Part shown: one piece after another, positions 46,117 to 46,806 of the stretch
How positions within the stretch are numbered: position 1 is the first letter of the stretch
Layout: each line of letters starts with the position of its first letter
Notes under the pieces: model-generated
The model's input: the letters and a program-made list of their open reading frames with translations, nothing else
Database searches by the model: none
Told to the model about the DNA's origin: nothing
Translations under genes and position numbers: made by a program
Origin: a virus
DNA: 46,806 nucleotides
UHGV virus genome: UHGV-1361067
Direction: 5' to 3' (one strand)

Positions 46117-46547
46117 GACATGTAGACCTGACGTTCTGCCGCCCTGCGCTTGGTCAGTCCGTTCATGACTTTGCCATTGGCGCGATTCCATACCCGGAAC
46201 TGGTCGGCGGCGCAGGTGTAGCAGCGGGCATTATGCTTTTTCAGCAGAGTTGATTTGCCAAAGTTACCAAGGCCAATGTTGTAGGCCAGCGACACCATTG
46301 CATCAAACTGGCCCTGAGTGGTTGGGGCAGTGACGAGTGACGAGACGCCGCTTTCAAACTTTGCCACGTCGTCACGCAGCATCTTTTCAGCTTTCTCTGC
46401 GGTGATAACCATGCCTGGCTTAACGCCATTGGTTGTGCCATATCCGATAGTCCACGGCGCTCCGCCAGTTGCCGGGTCTGGATATGCCTTCGAGCTGTAA
46501 CCCTCGAATTGTTTAATTAAATCAATGCCACGCTGCGATAGTTTCAT
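46113..46547 (-). CDS. Endolysin (GH24 lysozyme, T4 E / lambda R family)
   Basis: GIDLIKQFEGYSSKAYPDPATGGAPWTIGYGTT is the classic GH24 catalytic region. GGAGG SD. Confidence 0.85.
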   Translation of the reverse strand: MKLSQRGIDLIKQFEGYSSKAYPDPATGGAPWTIGYGTTNGVKPGMVITAEKAEKMLRDDVAKFESGVSSLVTAPTTQGQFDAMVSLAYNIGLGNFGKSTLLKKHNARCYTCAADQFRVWNRANGKVMNGLTKRRAAERQVYMS

Positions 46548-46587
46548 TTTTACCTCCGGTGATGCAGATTATTTTATCACAATAGTC

Positions 46588-46623
46588 TTGACGTAGATTG
46601 AATCGTAAGCGATGATGTAGATA
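46588..46623 (+). promoter_or_regulatory. Rightward promoter region with TTGACGTAGATT + TGATGTAGATA
   Basis: Motif copies lie 24 bp apart. The same segment on the minus strand probably carries the lysis-cassette promoter (TTCAAT…TGATAAAAT). Confidence 0.45.
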
Positions 46624-46645
46624 CACAAACACAGGAGAGTAAAAA

Positions 46646-46806
46646 ATGAAAAAATTAATCGCAGCAGCAGTATTCGCAATGGCTTCATTTGGTGCGTCGG
46701 CTGGCGAGTTTTGCAATGCAGTTGGTGAGTTCGGTGAAGCGGCAGCAGAAGCCCGTGATGCTGGCGTATCAAAGCAGCTAGCGCTGATTGTTTCTTTTGG
46801 AGGCCA
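46646..46806 (+). CDS. Secreted protein (signal peptide), 5' partial
   Basis: CAGGAGAG SD. MKKLIAAAVFAMASFGASA-GEF… Continues beyond the window. Confidence 0.5.
   Translation, partial: MKKLIAAAVFAMASFGASAGEFCNAVGEFGEAAAEARDAGVSKQLALIVSFGG

Noticed and set aside
1-46806. CRISPR array, integrase / attachment site, CI-like repressor, reverse transcriptase (DGR/retron)
   Set aside because: There are no spaced direct repeats with unique spacers, no tyrosine or serine recombinase motifs, no cI/cro-like pair and no RT motifs (YxDD) in any frame examined. The repeats present are iterons and promoter motifs.

Overview
This window looks like a near genome-length stretch of a tailed dsDNA phage of Enterobacteriaceae with a siphovirus-type tail module, about 50% GC. 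No integrase or CI-like repressor is visible, so it is probably virulent. Long leftward (minus-strand) late operons encode a Mu/SPP1-like head module (TerS, TerL, portal, MuF-like, DUF2213-type protease/scaffold, decoration protein, major capsid), connector proteins and a lambda-like tail module (V-like tube, chaperone, 1093-aa tape measure, M/L/K/J-like tip proteins, 760-aa tail fibre), plus a lysis cassette (GH24 endolysin, 2-TM holin-like protein, overlapped Rz/Rz1 spanins). A rightward early region (10.7-20.5 kb) encodes a putative P-loop replication protein, a Zn-ribbon/TOPRIM primase (on the opposite strand), an SF2 helicase, a VRR-NUC nuclease, a PD-(D/E)xK exonuclease, an ERF annealing protein and SSB. 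Unusual features: (i) an intein with a double-LAGLIDADG endonuclease sits inside the terminase Walker-A motif; (ii) there are four HNH homing-endonuclease genes (three HNH-AP2 paralogs) and a zinc-ribbon-repeat/Vsr-like endonuclease; (iii) a 178-aa protein resembles a truncated beta sliding clamp (DnaN domain II plus the C-terminal pocket strands) and lies in a ParB-like cassette inserted between head and connector genes; (iv) a conserved promoter/operator family (TTGACGTAGATT) drives most rightward cassettes, which are inserted moron-style with terminators into the leftward structural operons; (v) an array of GAGTTCCC iterons flanks an AT-rich element at the divergent early control region and is a candidate origin; (vi) a duplicated promoter plus zinc-ribbon mini-ORF leader sits in front of two HNH genes. 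All coordinates are read by eye; starts may be off by a few nt.
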